Position numbers and translations under genes: made by a program. A stretch of DNA of 64,000 bases from Octopus sinensis. Its lineage: Eukaryota. Every line of letters starts with the position of its first letter. Position 1 is the first letter of the stretch. The stretch spans positions 11,842,001 to 11,906,000 of the forward strand of contig NC_043002.1 in assembly GCF_006345805.1 (NCBI RefSeq), written 5' to 3'. The notes below the pieces were generated by a model. It worked only from the letters and a program-made list of their open reading frames with translations. It did not search any database and was not told the DNA's origin. Below are positions 25,889-39,682 of the stretch, one piece after another.

Positions 25889-26369
25889 GTATGGATGTAT
25901 GTGTGTTAAAAACAAATATCATCATGATAAAGGAGAAAGAAAAAAGATATTTCAAAAAGTTTGTTACATGTAAAATATATGGAAACAACATAAGATTAAG
26001 AAAAAAGAGTCTGAAGAATATGATGTTGATGATGATGATGATGATAACAACTACAATAATAACAACAAAGAGAACAATAATGTCAGTAATGATGACTACG
26101 ATTTTGATGTTGATGCTGATGATTAAAATGATCTTATTTCTGCTGGTGCTGATAATGATGTTAAAAAATGGGTGTCGTAATAAATATACTGTCTCCAACA
26201 AAAATGCCGCCGATATCAATAACGGCTGCTGGAACTGCAGTGATAGTATTGATATCTATAAAAAACTATGATAACAACTTGTTATGAGAACGAAAGTTTG
26301 AGACTGTTCTGTTTGTAGATGCGACACCGAAAAATATGCTGGATTTGCCAGCATATTTCCAAAAATCTT

Positions 26370-26640
26370 CAAAATAGCTGCGTTGTGTGTTCTCCAATTT
26401 CACATATTAATGCAAAGTTAGAAACACAGTGAGCCGAATAAGGTACCAGGAAGAAACATGTACAGGTCTCCTTGACTGTTACATAGGTGTAACTTCGGGG
26501 ATCATTAGAACACCTACGTTGGAAAGACACCAATCTCCGTTTTCTACCAGCACGCTTTAGATTGTCATAATGACTCTTTAGATTTAAATTAGCCATATTG
26601 TCTACGCATGATGAGGCACGTCGCCGTATCGGTTTGCATA
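26370..26640 (+). pseudogene. Possible decayed PLE 3' end: GIY-YIG-like remnant followed by a decayed hammerhead
   Basis: DCYIGVTS at 26474-26497 and SVFYQHALDCHN in another frame. These are followed by TACGCA-TGATGA-GGC acgtc GCC-GTATC-GGTT-TGCATA at 26603-26640. Confidence 0.3.
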
Positions 26641-26936
26641 TGAGAGTATAAGCCTAGCCTTAAGGACAAGTCTGAGTGGGGTGTCTCCTGTACATCTTAC
26701 ACGAGGGGTGCTATATTAGCTACACCTCCTTAACCGTTTCTTCAAAATTTATTTTTAGCCTGCCTACTTCTAAACATTTTAAAAATTGCTAATTGAATTT
26801 TCCTTTTTTATCCCTTTCCCCCTTTCACGCCGCATCGTTCTATTTGGTATTTTCTTATTTCTCTCCCTCTCTTCCTTCTCCTCTTCATTGTTTCCCCTTC
26901 CTCCTCATATTCTTCGTGTTCCTCATATTCTGTTCT

Positions 26937-27016
<80 letters not shown>

Positions 27017-27188
27017 GTTGTTGTTGTTGTTGTTGTTGTTATTATTATTACCCTTTTTTATCCATCGTTTTTTCCTTTCATTTAATTATCGTGAAGAACA
27101 GAATCTACGCGTTTGGAATTTATTTGCTGTACTATATTTCCCTTCTACTTCTTTCTTGTACTATTGCTGTTACTACTACTACTAATAA

Positions 27189-27225
<37 letters not shown>

Positions 27226-27229
27226 GCTG

Positions 27230-27271
<42 letters not shown>

Positions 27272-28119
27272 ATGATTTTGATAACATTTCTACTACCATC
27301 CATTATTATTGTCTCCGTTCTCTGGTATTTCCTAAAGCCATTGATATCTGACTTGCCGAACGCGATGCCAACCGTACCGCTATCAACAGAAAAAGAAAAA
27401 AAAGAAAGAAGAAGCGGACACATGACCTGCAACGAAATACCAAGTTAACAGACTGACTCTGAGCACCCAACCAGAATGACAAACCTACAGAGATGGAAGA
27501 GTTATTCACTTGAAACATTAAAAAATGTCTATCAACAAGCTCACTACAAACCAGGTCCAATGGAATTGCTTTAGTGACAAGTACGACGGAAAGTTTGACG
27601 TCAATAAATAAGTGTTTGTGTGTTCTTGAATGGTTAATCGATATACTCTACGCCGTAATTGTTTCAGAATTTTCATTGTTTCCAATATTTACATCCGGGC
27701 AATCAACATTTACATATTGGTACGAACAGTTGTAGATATTGGTGACTAGGATTTTTCTTTAGGCCCTGAATATACAAGGGGTGTATTAAAGGTTTTGTAA
27801 GTCTTTAAGGTTCTTCACTTTGACGTTTTAATGCTCCATGGAATGCAACATTGGAAATCATTTCCAGTTCAAATATGCGTATCCCTGGATGTTTGGTTTG
27901 TATTCAAGACTTGTCAGTGCGGTTTTAATGACTAATTTTTCGCAGAATTCCCTGAAAAAAATGACTTTGCTGTTTGAGTATGTTAGTTGTGAATAAATAC
28001 TATTGGAATATAGTGAGGGACATAGATGTTGTTTGTTTTATGATATATTCACCATTTTCTTATCCGTGTTATCCATATTCATACCCCTAAACACTTTGTG
28101 CTATGTCTTGTCATCATTA

Positions 28120-28431
28120 GTGGAGGCACATGGCCTAGTGGTTAGAACAGCGGACTCGCGGTCGAGGGATAGCGGGTTCGAATCTCAGACAGGACGATGT
28201 GTGTGTTTATGAGCGAAACACCTAAGCTCCACGCGGCTCCGGCAGAAGGTAATGGCGAAACTTCTTCTGACTCTTTTGCCACAAATTTCTCCCACTCTTT
28301 CCTCCTGCATCTTGCAGCTCACCTGTGATGGACCGGCGTCCCTGTCCAGGTGGGGAACCTATACGCCAAGAAACCGGGACACCGGCACTAATGAGCCAGG
28401 CATGGCTCGAGAAGGAACAAACAAACAACAA
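28120..28431 (+). mobile_element. SINE family C (body X + tail P)
   Basis: A box TGGCCTAGTGG, B box GGTTCGAATCT, tail ending GAAGGAACAAACAAACAACAA. Confidence 0.85.
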
Positions 28432-28934
28432 TGTCTTGTCATCACATACTAGTTTTAATTATGCAAATTACTTTTCAACAAAGCAGTATCAACAAATAAT
28501 TTTAAATATTATTTACGTCACAAACAATTCACAAAGATCGAGAGACGTAAAATAATTTGCTTTCAAGGGTGAAATGTATAAAGTTTTTAAAAAATTTTAA
28601 CCCAATATTTATGCATGATTTTTTTTAAAGCTTTATCTGCTTCGAGTTACACTGTTAAAAACAAATTTATACATGCGGAATTGTTTACAAACTAATCGGA
28701 GTTAGATATGATATCTACGTTGATGGGGGCCATATCGAGTCCGAAGCGATGTTTCAAACTGTCCCTCACACCCGAAATAGAGATCAGATTGTCTTTTTAC
28801 CTAAGGGTATTATTTCAGCTTTGAATTCATCAACTTCTGGAAATTTCCTCCTCTTCTCACACCGTCTCAAGAATTATCGTTAAAAGTATGTTTTTGCCCT
28901 TCTACTCAAAGAGGGAACTGTAATTTATCACATA

Positions 28935-29150
28935 CTCTTTTACTCATTCACTCTTTTTACTTGTTTCAGTCATTTGACTGTGGCCATGCTGGAACACCGC
29001 TTTTAGTCGAGCAAATCGACCCCAGGACTTATTCTTTCGGTCTCTTTTGCCGAACCGCTAATTTACGGGGACGTAAACACACCAGCATCGGTTGTCAAGC
29101 GAGTTTGTGTGTGTGTGGGGAGGGGGGACAAACACAGACACACAAATATA
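28935..29150 (-). mobile_element. SINE family A 3' half, abutting the truncated Dong RT
   Basis: Homology to other SINE A copies. Confidence 0.8.
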
Positions 29151-29152
29151 TA

Positions 29153-31140
29153 CTACTTTCGATAGTCGATCCAGGCCATACTGTGGCCTTTCTTCTTTCT
29201 GTGTCTGTCTTCAGTTATGGATTTATAGATCATTAGTTGATCTTTACAGCCATATGAGCCCTTGTAGTATTCCTTCTGCCCTTCTGGAAACCGATTGTTT
29301 CCTTCCAGATGCTTGCCCAATTTCTGCGATATCATTGCAGTAAAGGCTTTGTAAATTGTAGGGAGATAGGTTATAGGTCTGTAGTTTGTGATTTTGTCGT
29401 TTCAGTAGATTTGGAAACTAGGATAATTTTCCCTTTCGTGAGCTATCCAGGCTTTGTCTCTGGTAATGCTAGTATGTCGTTAAAATTTTCAGCCAGCGTT
29501 TTGTGCATTCCTGTCAGACATTTTAACCAAAAGTTGGGGATCTTGTCGTGCCCAGGTGCTTTCCAGTTGCTTAGTCTTTGCAGTGCCTGGGTGACCTATT
29601 CGGTGGTTATAAGGATCCAGAATTGTCAAGGTGCTACTTTCGTTGTTTTTATAGTCCTGTTCTCAGGTTTTCCTTCGCCGACCATATTTCTTTCCAAAAT
29701 TATTCCATTTCTTCTGCTGTTGGTGCTGCATTGATGTCCATTTTATTTTTGCCAAGTTCTTGGGAGAACTTTTTGGGGTTCGAGTTGAACTGTTTGCTTT
29801 GTTCAAAGAAACGTTGGCGTTTCTCATACCGGCGGATCCTTTGTGCAATGGCAAGGATATCTTGCTTTAGCTTTTCTTTTATCTCAGGGAAATCTTTTTC
29901 TGTGATGTTGTATTTGCACAGTATTTTTGTTTTCCTTTTGTTAATAGTGTTGATTGTCTACTAATTTTGTTAAGAATTGACAGATCTTTTCTCGTTTTCT
30001 ATTTATTGGATATTATTTATCCACAGGGTTTGTTTGGGTGGTGGTATTCCTGTTTGGGTGGGTTTGAGGGAGTATCCAGCTTCTTTTGTGTCTGCAGTGG
30101 CTGCTGCATATGTTATATAATTTAGCTCAGTGATATTGCCATTTGTTTCTGTGGCTATTAGTTTCGTGACGGCCAGGTTTATGTTATTTATTATTGATGT
30201 TTTATTGTCTATTTTGGTTTTTGGAATGTATGTTCGGTATTCCATTCTGAGATCTGTGGTTTTCAGTTCTTTGATTATTCTCATTTTTATAGTATTATAA
30301 TCATTAAGTTCGCCTTCGTTGTTTCCAGGTTTTAAATTTGTTTAGCCTTCCTTCTCATTCATATATTTGTCTGTCGTGTTTTGGCTTGCTGCTTATTGTA
30401 CATTATTTTACATCCCTACGGTCAGGATTTGTTGTTTTTTGTTTACTTCGTTTTTGTTGGAAATGTTACGTCTGTCTTCGTGTTTTACTATCTCAGTGTT
30501 TATAATATTTGGCATTGCTGTGTGGCTACTATCTACATTTTCCTGATGCATTTTTCCTTTTAAATGTTCTATTTCTACGTCTGATATATATATATATTGA
30601 TTTGAGAATATATCTTCGTATGTTATCTAGTTTATTAGGGTTAATTGCTATATCCAAGTCTTTATTTAGGTTATTTTTCTTTCATATTTTATATGTATAT
30701 GTTGCTGTGTTTTCGTTCTTTGGGTAGAGCACTGCTGTAAAATAAGCGTGTAGGATTGAAATGTATTCCTCACGTGTCCATTTATGCCTTTTTGGTTTTA
30801 TTTGCGGAACATGAGGAACAACGTCCGGCCCTTTATTTTGACGGACATCATTTTCGTAGGGTACCGGTCCGTTCATTTCTGTTGTCAACTTGTTTGGCAC
30901 GTGTAGTTATTTCGTACTCTTTGTGTAACAAGTCTCAAGGACGTGCTTCCTGATTGTTATTCTTGGGTTGAATAATACCGGTATTATTCAATTTATTTGT
31001 AATTTTTTTGTACATGGTGTTTGGGGCCGGAGATGGTCTGTTGTTGATAGATTGTAATGTATCAAGCGTATTTACATGTACTGTGCGAGCAGTGGAGATG
31101 ATATCCAGTAAAAATAAATAATTTCATTTGGAAAATAGAA
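29153..31140 (-). pseudogene. R4/Dong-clade LINE, 5' half of the ORF (N-terminal region to RT N-terminus), frameshifted
   Basis: KRHKWTREEYISILHAY (myb-like), NITELNYITYAAAT, SNWKAPGHDKIPNFWLK and GSYGCKDQLMI...MAWIDYRK. The ORF is broken right after WIDYRK. Confidence 0.8.
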
Positions 31141-31350
31141 ATAAATTATAATGACTATTACTTACTCGGATATAGTCCAACCATTTGCCAGCTATTTTTG
31201 GCTCCATGCGATGTCATTATTTCCGATGTTTTTGGATAAATTTCGAAGTGTTTTATCGCTCTCACATGTTAAGCGTCCCCCGTGTATTCTTCTTCTTCTT
31301 CTTCTTCTTCTTCTTCTTCTTCTTCTTCTTCTTCTTCTTCTTCTTCTTCT

Positions 31351-31690
31351 TGCACAGCTTCTAACACTGGAGATGTACTACGGTGTCAGCTGTTCACGAC
31401 TAATGAACTTAGGTAAAGCCTCTTATTTTTCGAGCCCCTTCTAGAGTATTCGAGCGGTTCCAAGCAGTGCTGTTGTCTGCAAGTGCTCCACCCTTATTGC
31501 AGCCCCTATTTGTTCCACGTACTTCTCGAGATTTTTGCTCACTGTTTATAGGGATCCGACAATTATTGGTACTACTACCACCTTTTTCAACGACCACAAC
31601 TGCTTAACTTGCCAAGCTAACCTGTCATATCTCTCGACTTTTCTTTCTTCCTTATCGCATAACTTCTTGTTAGCTGGGCATGCTTTACTA
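31351..31690 (-). pseudogene. R4/Dong-type LINE 3' end (second subfamily) with (AAG)n tail
   Basis: KVERYDRLAWQVKQLWSLKKVVVVPIIVGSL*TVSKNLEKY...LQTTALLGTARIL. (CTT)n lies at 31287-31350 and the 5' junction abuts (AAT)n. Confidence 0.75.
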
Positions 31691-31695
31691 TGTTA

Positions 31696-31766
<71 letters not shown>

Positions 31767-31770
<4 letters not shown>

Positions 31771-31841
31771 TCACAACCTGGAATCGAACTCGGAAGCTTG
31801 GGGTTAGTAGCCCGGGCTCTGAACCACTACGCCATGTGCCC
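31767..31841 (-). mobile_element. tRNA-like short element (SINE head or tRNA pseudogene) with (AAT)n tail
   Basis: A box TGGCGTAGTGG, B box GAGTTCGATTCC, 6/7-bp acceptor stem GGGCACA/TGTGACC, anticodon-like loop CTACTAA. Confidence 0.7.
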
Positions 31842-31864
31842 ATCGAAAAATACCTTAGGAATGA

Positions 31865-31910
31865 GACACTTGATGAAGGCTGGAAGATATATCAGCCGAA
31901 ACTTTGTGTT
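31865..31910 (+). ncRNA. Hammerhead motif with an extra A after A9 and two core mutations
   Basis: GACAC-TTGATGA-A-GGCTG(10 nt)CAGCC-GAAAC-TTT-GTGTT. Confidence 0.6.
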
Positions 31911-31965
31911 AACGTTGTGTAAATGTTGTTACCGAATTCAATGTTGATATAGAAAAAGAAGAAAT

Positions 31966-32215
31966 GTTTCCCTCTGGTGCCATGCTAAGTTCACGAGGGC
32001 CGGTTCCCCGGTTTCAATGGCGTATATATATTCCCTACCTGGACGGGACGCCGCTCCGTCTGAGGGTTACTCATTTTTGCCATCTGAGGGAACTGTAGCA
32101 ACGTAAAATCATGTGTTTTGCTCAAGAACACAACGCATTGCTCGGTCCAGGAATCGAAACCACAATCTTACGATCATGAGTCCAACACTCTAATCACTAA
32201 GCCACGCGCCTCCAC
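31966..32215 (-). mobile_element. SINE family C (body Y + tail P) with 9-bp TSD
   Basis: tRNA-like head and CORE-like GTTGTGTTCTTGAGCAAAACAC. TCAATGTTG occurs at ~31939 and ~32217. Confidence 0.8.
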
Positions 32216-32244
32216 TCAATGTTGTCATTTTAAACATTAGTATT

Positions 32245-33662
32245 GGTTTCAAATTTTTGCACAAGGCCAGGTTCAGGAGAAGGAGAAAGTCGATCGCATT
32301 GACCCCCAGTACTCAACTGGTACTTGTTTTATTGACCTCGAAATGATGAAAGGAAAAGGCGATCTCACCGGAATTTGAAGTCAGAACATGAACACGAACG
32401 AAGAAGCACTTTGCCCGGCATGCTAACGATTCTGCCAGCTCGCCGCCTTAATATTTAACTTTAATACTCCTTTCTACACTAGGCACAAGGCCCGAAATTT
32501 TTGGGCAGCGGAAGCCAGTCGATTAGATCGACCTCAGTACGCAACTGGTACTTGATTTATCGACCGCGAAAGGATGAAAAGAAAAGTCGACCTTAGCAGA
32601 ATTTGAACACAGAACGTAAAGACAGTCAAAATACTGCTAAGCATTTCGCCCGGCGTGCTAACGTATCTGCCAGCTCGCCACCCTGGTATATCCAATAATC
32701 TTTGGTATTCTGAGCACAAGGCCCGAAATTTTGGGGGAGGGTTCCAGTCGATTAGATCGACCTCAGTACCCAACTGGTACTTAATTTATCGACCCCGAAA
32801 GGATGAAAGGCAAAGTCGACCTCGGCGGAATGTGTACTCAGAACATAAAGACAGACGAAATACCTATTTCTTTACTACCCAAAAAGGGCTAAACACAGAG
32901 AGGACAAACAAGGACAGACAAACGGATGAAGTCGATTATATCGACCCCAGTACGTAGCTGGTACTTATTTAATCGACCCCCGAAAGGATGAAAGGCAAAG
33001 TCGACCTCGGGGGAATTTGAACTCAGAACGTAGCAGTAGACGAATTACCGCTAAGCATTTCGCCCGGCGTGCTAAAGTTTCTGCCAGATCGCCGCCTTAA
33101 TATTTATCATTAATATTGATTACAGGAATATTGTTATTGCGGCATCAGTTGTTTGTTTTCTTGTTGTTGATGTTGTTGTTGTTGTAGTTGTTAAGCAACA
33201 AGACGGGTAAGGGTGATTAAGTGATGGTCTAGGGCTTAGGGGCGGGAGACCCCAGACCTTGGAAAAAAAAAGCCTTTGGTCGTCTTCTAGTCGAGGGCTT
33301 TTTGTTGACGTCCGACACCACTGGGAGGTGGCCCTCGAAGTCGCTGGAAATGGAGATCTCCAGGGCCAAACTCTAGAACGGCTGCTGTTGATGGCGTGAG
33401 TGGTTGTGGTGATTATGATGATAATGAGGATTTACAGAACGTTTTGTACTATAGTCTAAAATCCTGAAACTTTTGGGCGATGGGGATAGTCGCTTATATC
33501 AACCTCCAATACATCACACTCCGTACTTATTTCATCAACTCCGAAAGGATTAAAGACAAAGTCGACATCGGTGAAATTTAAACTCACAATACAAGGACGA
33601 AGAAATACTTTCCAGCGCTTTTGTCCGGCACGGTAACGAGTCTGTCATCTCGCCACCTTAAT
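32245..33662 (-). mobile_element. Cluster of SINE B copies (32245-32450, 32468-32690, 32715-33100, ~33460-33662)
   Basis: Homology to other SINE B copies. Confidence 0.8.
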
Positions 33663-34066
33663 GGGTTCAATAAAGAATCGTTTTTACTATACGTGGAATA
33701 TTGGGACAGGGGGTTAATCGATTATATCAACAGCTGACAACTCGCTGTCCAACCCGCTGCATTAACGATGAGTGTAATACGATGGGGAAAAATGATAATG
33801 TTGATAATATTGATAATGTTGACGGTACACACATAAATATCTGAGTAAACGCGAGCAATCATGTTGACATCCCAGTTGTGATTTGACAGTAATGTTGATT
33901 CAAAATGGTGTTTAAATATAATGATGGATATTAGATGACATTGATGATGATAACGATAACGGAGACGAAGATGATGACGATAAACATGACAACGATGACA
34001 ACGACGACAACGATGATGATGATGGCGATGATCATCATTATTCATAAGGACAATGACGACGCTTAT

Positions 34067-34279
34067 TTACTCTTTTACTTGTTTCAGTCATTTGACTGCG
34101 GCCATGCTGGAGCAGCGCCTTTAGTCGAGCAAATCAACCGCAGGACTTTTTTCTTTGCAAGAGTAGTACTTATTCTATCGATATCTTTTGTTGAACTGCT
34201 AAGTTACGGGTACGTAAACACACCATCATCGGTTGTCAAGCAATGTTGGGGGAGGGACAAACAGACACACACAGACACG

Positions 34280-34315
<36 letters not shown>

Positions 34316-34473
34316 CATACATAGATATATACAACGGGCTTCATTCAGTTTCCGTCTACCAAATCCACTCACAAGGCTTTGGTTGGCCCGAGGCTATAGT
34401 AGAAGACACTTGCCGCAGGTGCCACGCAGTGGTTAGTAAGACAAGCTACTTACCACAGAGCCACTCCTGCACC
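34067..34473 (-). mobile_element. SINE family A with a deletion across the B-box region
   Basis: GCCACGCAGTGG is joined directly to TTAGTAAGACAAGC. Confidence 0.8.
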
Positions 34474-34474
34474 T

Positions 34475-34559
34475 ATGATGATGATGAAGATGATAGAGAC
34501 GGCGATGATGAAGATGATGATGATGATGATGAAGATGATGATGATGATGATGATGATGA

Positions 34560-34591
<32 letters not shown>

Positions 34592-34599
34592 GATGATGG

Positions 34600-34640
<41 letters not shown>

Positions 34641-35503
34641 GTAGAGGAGGGTGACTCTGATAATAGGATATTGATGTTTATGTTCACGTTGGTGATCGTG
34701 GTGCCACATATACGACCCAACCCGGAGGACGACGACGACGACGACGAAGATGATGATGACGATGACAACGACGATGACGATAATGATGATGATGATGATG
34801 ATGGCGATGATGATGATGACGACGACTTCGACGGCAGTAATGATATTTGTAATGATTAAGGTATGTTGGAGATAATAGCGATATTGCAATGTTGATAGCG
34901 ATAAGGATGTTGGTGTTATTGATGTTGCAACCGATAGCATTAATGATGATGCTGATGTCAATCTTATTTATGGTGCTGCTGCTGAGATGTTGACGCAAAG
35001 GCGAGATGCTGCTGCTGCTGCCGCTGCTGCTGTTTTGCATGTTGGGGATTTCGATGACGACGATGATGATGATGGAGGAAAAAGGTACAAAAGTAGCACT
35101 AGGAAAAGATGCTGATCACGAATGTTATTACCATGACGATGATGATGATGATAACACTGAGGATGCTGACGACTATTTCAATGATTTACAAGGGATGCGA
35201 TGACTTGAACTCATCGAAGGTGACGCCGACGATAGCGAGGATAACGGTGATGTCGATTGATGATGATGATGATGATGATGATGATGACAATGATGATGAT
35301 TGTTATTATGATCGAGATTGTTTTGAGGATTGTGATGATGAGATCCTGAAATAATAAAACACGTAAGGTTCTAATGCCGACTGTAGCACGCTCCCCTCCT
35401 CATCACTATAATCACAGATGTCATCATCATTGTCATCGTCATCATCATCATCAACTTATCATCATCACCGTCATCAACATCAACATCATCATCATCGTGA
35501 TCG

Positions 35504-35536
<33 letters not shown>

Positions 35537-35541
35537 CCAGC

Positions 35542-35573
<32 letters not shown>

Positions 35574-35601
35574 CATCATCATCACCATCATCATCACCAA
35601 C

Positions 35602-35676
<75 letters not shown>

Positions 35677-35850
35677 GTCGTCATCGTCATCATCATCATC
35701 ATCATCACCATCGCCATCAACATCATCGTCATCGTCATCATCATCCTCATCATCATCATCATCGTCATCACCAACATCGTCAACAGCACCATCATCATCA
35801 TCGTCGTCGTCGTCATCAACATCATCGTCAACAACCTCAACACTATCAAC
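34475..35850. repeat. (GAT)n/(GAC)n arrays followed by a long (ATC)n array
   Basis: Directly visible. Confidence 0.95.
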
Positions 35851-36039
35851 TGTTATAATGCTAGTTGGTGTGCAGAGGGCGATGGCTGGTAGTCGATTCG
35901 CACGACTTCGTTACTGTTGCTGTTGCTGTTGCTGTTGATTGTCATCTTGATTCATGTCGATGTTTTCATATTATTTTTGATACAGATGCGCAAATATGCG
36001 TGCGTGTGTGTTTATGGGTTCATTCATATATATTCATAT

Positions 36040-36665
36040 TATATTTATATACCCACTCATGCATGTATACACATACACATACACTATACATACACTATAC
36101 ATACATCAAACATACAGCCTACTATATATATATATATATAAACACTAGACATACATACATACATACATAATACATACGTACATACATACATACAGACATA
36201 CATATATATAAATATATATATATATTGTAAGTAAAATTACATTTAATTCATTAATAGCGAAACAATTGTCCCAAAATAATCTGTATTTTTGTTATTTTTT
36301 ATTTTTGCCCTGTCCGTGTGAGCTAACAATCGTGCTGACTTTCATGGAAACATGTATTTTTGTGGTTGAAACCTTTTGGATTAACTGGTGCTAGAGTGAG
36401 CCATATGTGACCACTCTCTTATATTTATTTTGTAAAAATATTATAATATATTATAAATATTATAATAATCCAGGTTTCTCGGAGCACTAGGCCACTTGGT
36501 GTTGAATAGATATACTATTAAATAGTATCTAATTCTCTCACCCTTATTAATTAATTATATATATATATATATATATTATAAAACATACACACATATATAT
36601 ATATAGATATATATATATATATATATAATATATATATAAATTTCTATAAATATATATATGTAACG

Positions 36666-36726
<61 letters not shown>

Positions 36727-36959
36727 TAGATAGATAGATAGTAGATAGTTAAAAACTATAAACATATAACCACTCATTCATTCACACAAATATAGCTACA
36801 CACACGTATACACACGCGCACACACATACACATATATATATATATATACATACGTGTGTGTGTATACATACATATTTATAAATATTTTTACACACATGCA
36901 CATACATGCACCTATATATAAATTACACACATACACCTTTATGTATATTTGTGTGTATT

Positions 36960-37000
<41 letters not shown>

Positions 37001-37699
37001 GTACACGGACACACACACATATGTGTGTGTGTGTGTGTTTGTGTGTACGCTTCCGATGGAATCCCGGTGTAGCTGGGGCGATCGTTTGACGCAGTTTTGA
37101 CAGCATTGACAACGTCGTTGTCATCTTGAAAGCATTGAGAAGTAATTGAATATCTGCCAGTTCGTCTTATCATCGGCAGTCTTGCCTGAGCTAGTGAGAA
37201 GATGTCTTTAGATAACCCTGATTCAATTCCTCGCCTCCTGCTAATCAGTTAACCGATATTTTTATCGCGTTCACTTGCAAGATATCTCTTGATAGTCTCT
37301 TCCATTGCAACAGAATCATCGCCATATATATCTAGCTGCTTTTCTCAATGCGGTGTGCTTATGAATTCATCTCTGCGTGAGTGTATATATACACATACAC
37401 ACACAAGTATACATACGTTGATACACATGCATATATGCATATATATACATATGTGTGTGTGTTTCTGTGCGCATGTAGGCGTGCGTACACTTCATGTTTG
37501 CATATGTATGTATGTATGCAAAATATATTTGTATGTATATATATATATATATACATTCCTATGTATATACGTACATATGTATTTGTATATATATATATGT
37601 ATATATATATAGATATATAAAAATACATATGTACGTATATATGTACAAAAATAACATATGTATATGTATATATATATATATATATATATACATATATAC

Positions 37700-37732
<33 letters not shown>

Positions 37733-38424
37733 CTATATGCATGTATGTATATATAATATTATCAACTAAATATATTAATACAGTGGCGTGCGGTGCGATG
37801 TATTCTACATGTAAATGTGATGCTGCATTTGGTATGTATGGTATTCGTGCTAAGAATGTGCATTGCTATTCCATATATACGACCCGTAGTTAGTTAATAC
37901 TAACATACAAGGTCACATGCCCCGAAAGACATATATAGGCATATATATTATATAGATATATATCGATGCATTGCAGATGATGAAACCGTATTTAGGTCTC
38001 TGCAATGAGAGTGTAGTAATTGCTTCCTTAGAGTGATGGTAGTATATGAGGGCAATGTGAGATTTTTGAAGGCGGTATTTTTTAGATCTGCTAGTTTAAT
38101 CCGGCTATTTGTCACCGGAAAATCGGATGCTGGTATAACTGTTGACAGTTGGTTTGTGAGAAATCCTTAACATAGTGCCCACGTCTGCGCATCACATATA
38201 CTAGGAGAGCAGAACTGCACACACACACACACACGCACAAATACACACACACACACGCACGTGTTTTGTGTGTGTTCTTTTGCATGTATGTGTATATACA
38301 TACGGATATGTATGTACGTAATTTTCATATACATGTATATGGGTATGTATACACATGCATAAAAGCATGTAGTTATTGTTATATATATATATATATACAT
38401 ATCTTGTTTATGATGTACACGCTC

Positions 38425-38472
<48 letters not shown>

Positions 38473-38963
38473 TATATATATATTTATGCTTATGTAAACG
38501 TTATATAACACATACATAAAGATAACATAATATTGTTGGTAAAAAAAAGAGTGAATTCTTATCTTATTTTGCATTCTCCAAACATCATCTTTATTGTTTA
38601 TTGGATTGTGAGTTTTGATTGTCACAACAACAGCAACAGCAGCAGCAACAGCAACGACAACGACAACACAACTGTCAACATAAACAACATCATCACCTCC
38701 AACAATAACAATAACAATAACAACAATGTTGCTAATAATGATAATTACAGTAATCCTCATTAGCACTAGTAGCAGTTGTAGTAGTAGTGGTAGTAGTAGT
38801 AGTAGTAGTAGTAGTAGCAGTAGTAGTAGTATTAGTAGTAGTGGCAGTAGTAGTAGTAGTAGTAGTAGTAGTTGTCATGGTGGTGGTGGTGGTGGTAGTA
38901 GTAGTAGTAGTCATGGTGGTGGTGGTGTTGGTGGTAGTAGTAGTAGTATTAGTAGTAGTAGTT

Positions 38964-39007
<44 letters not shown>

Positions 39008-39526
39008 CGTCATGGTGGTGGTGGTGGAGGTGGTTGGTGGTGGTAATAGTAGTAGTAGTAGTAGTAGTAGAAGCATGCGTGTATGTGTTGTAGTAAAATT
39101 GAATATAATTCTGTGGAGTATTAGTATTTCCAAGTTTGTGTTTTTGGTTCTTCTGTTTGTATATATACGTGAAAGATGAATGGTGGCTGCTAAGGAAGTC
39201 GGGATTCTGAGAAGGCGTTGTGTACGTATACAGACATGTTCGAGCTTGGTGTGTAGTTAAGAAGTTTGTTTCCCAGCCACAGACATCTGGGTTCAGTTCT
39301 ACTGCGTGACACTTTGGGCCATTAAGTGTCTTCTAATACTTGAGATTGGATTTGCTTAACGGAACTGAAAGAAGCCCGTCGTATATATGCATATATTATA
39401 TATGTGGGTTTTGTGTGTTTGTATTTGTCCCCCCCAACATCGCTTGACAACCGATACTGGTATGTTAACGTCCCGTAACTCTTATATATATATTATATAT
39501 ATATATATATATATAATATATAATAG

Positions 39527-39612
<86 letters not shown>

Positions 39613-39613
39613 T

Positions 39614-39653
<40 letters not shown>

Positions 39654-39680
39654 TATATATACTATATATACACACACACA
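36040..39680. repeat. Microsatellite-dominated region: (TA), (CA), (AAC), (TAG)/(TGG); includes a 5' part of SINE A at ~39248-39482
   Basis: Directly visible. Confidence 0.85.
37050..37335 (-). pseudogene. Possible internally deleted mariner transposase remnant
   Basis: LDIYGDDSVAMEETIKRY (N-terminal-like) and FQDDNDVVNAV...SYTGI (C-terminal-like). No TIRs found. Confidence 0.3.
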
Positions 39681-39682
39681 TT

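Noticed and set aside
28120-28195. tRNA-like heads (also at 31767, 32215, 39683, 55370) as functional tRNA genes
   Set aside because: The stems are imperfect, the anticodon loops vary between copies, and each continues into a SINE body or repeat tail.
33190-33400. GC-richer block with an (AAC)n-like end on the minus strand, possibly a retroelement 3' end
   Set aside because: Only one occurrence in the window and no motif, so it cannot be classified.
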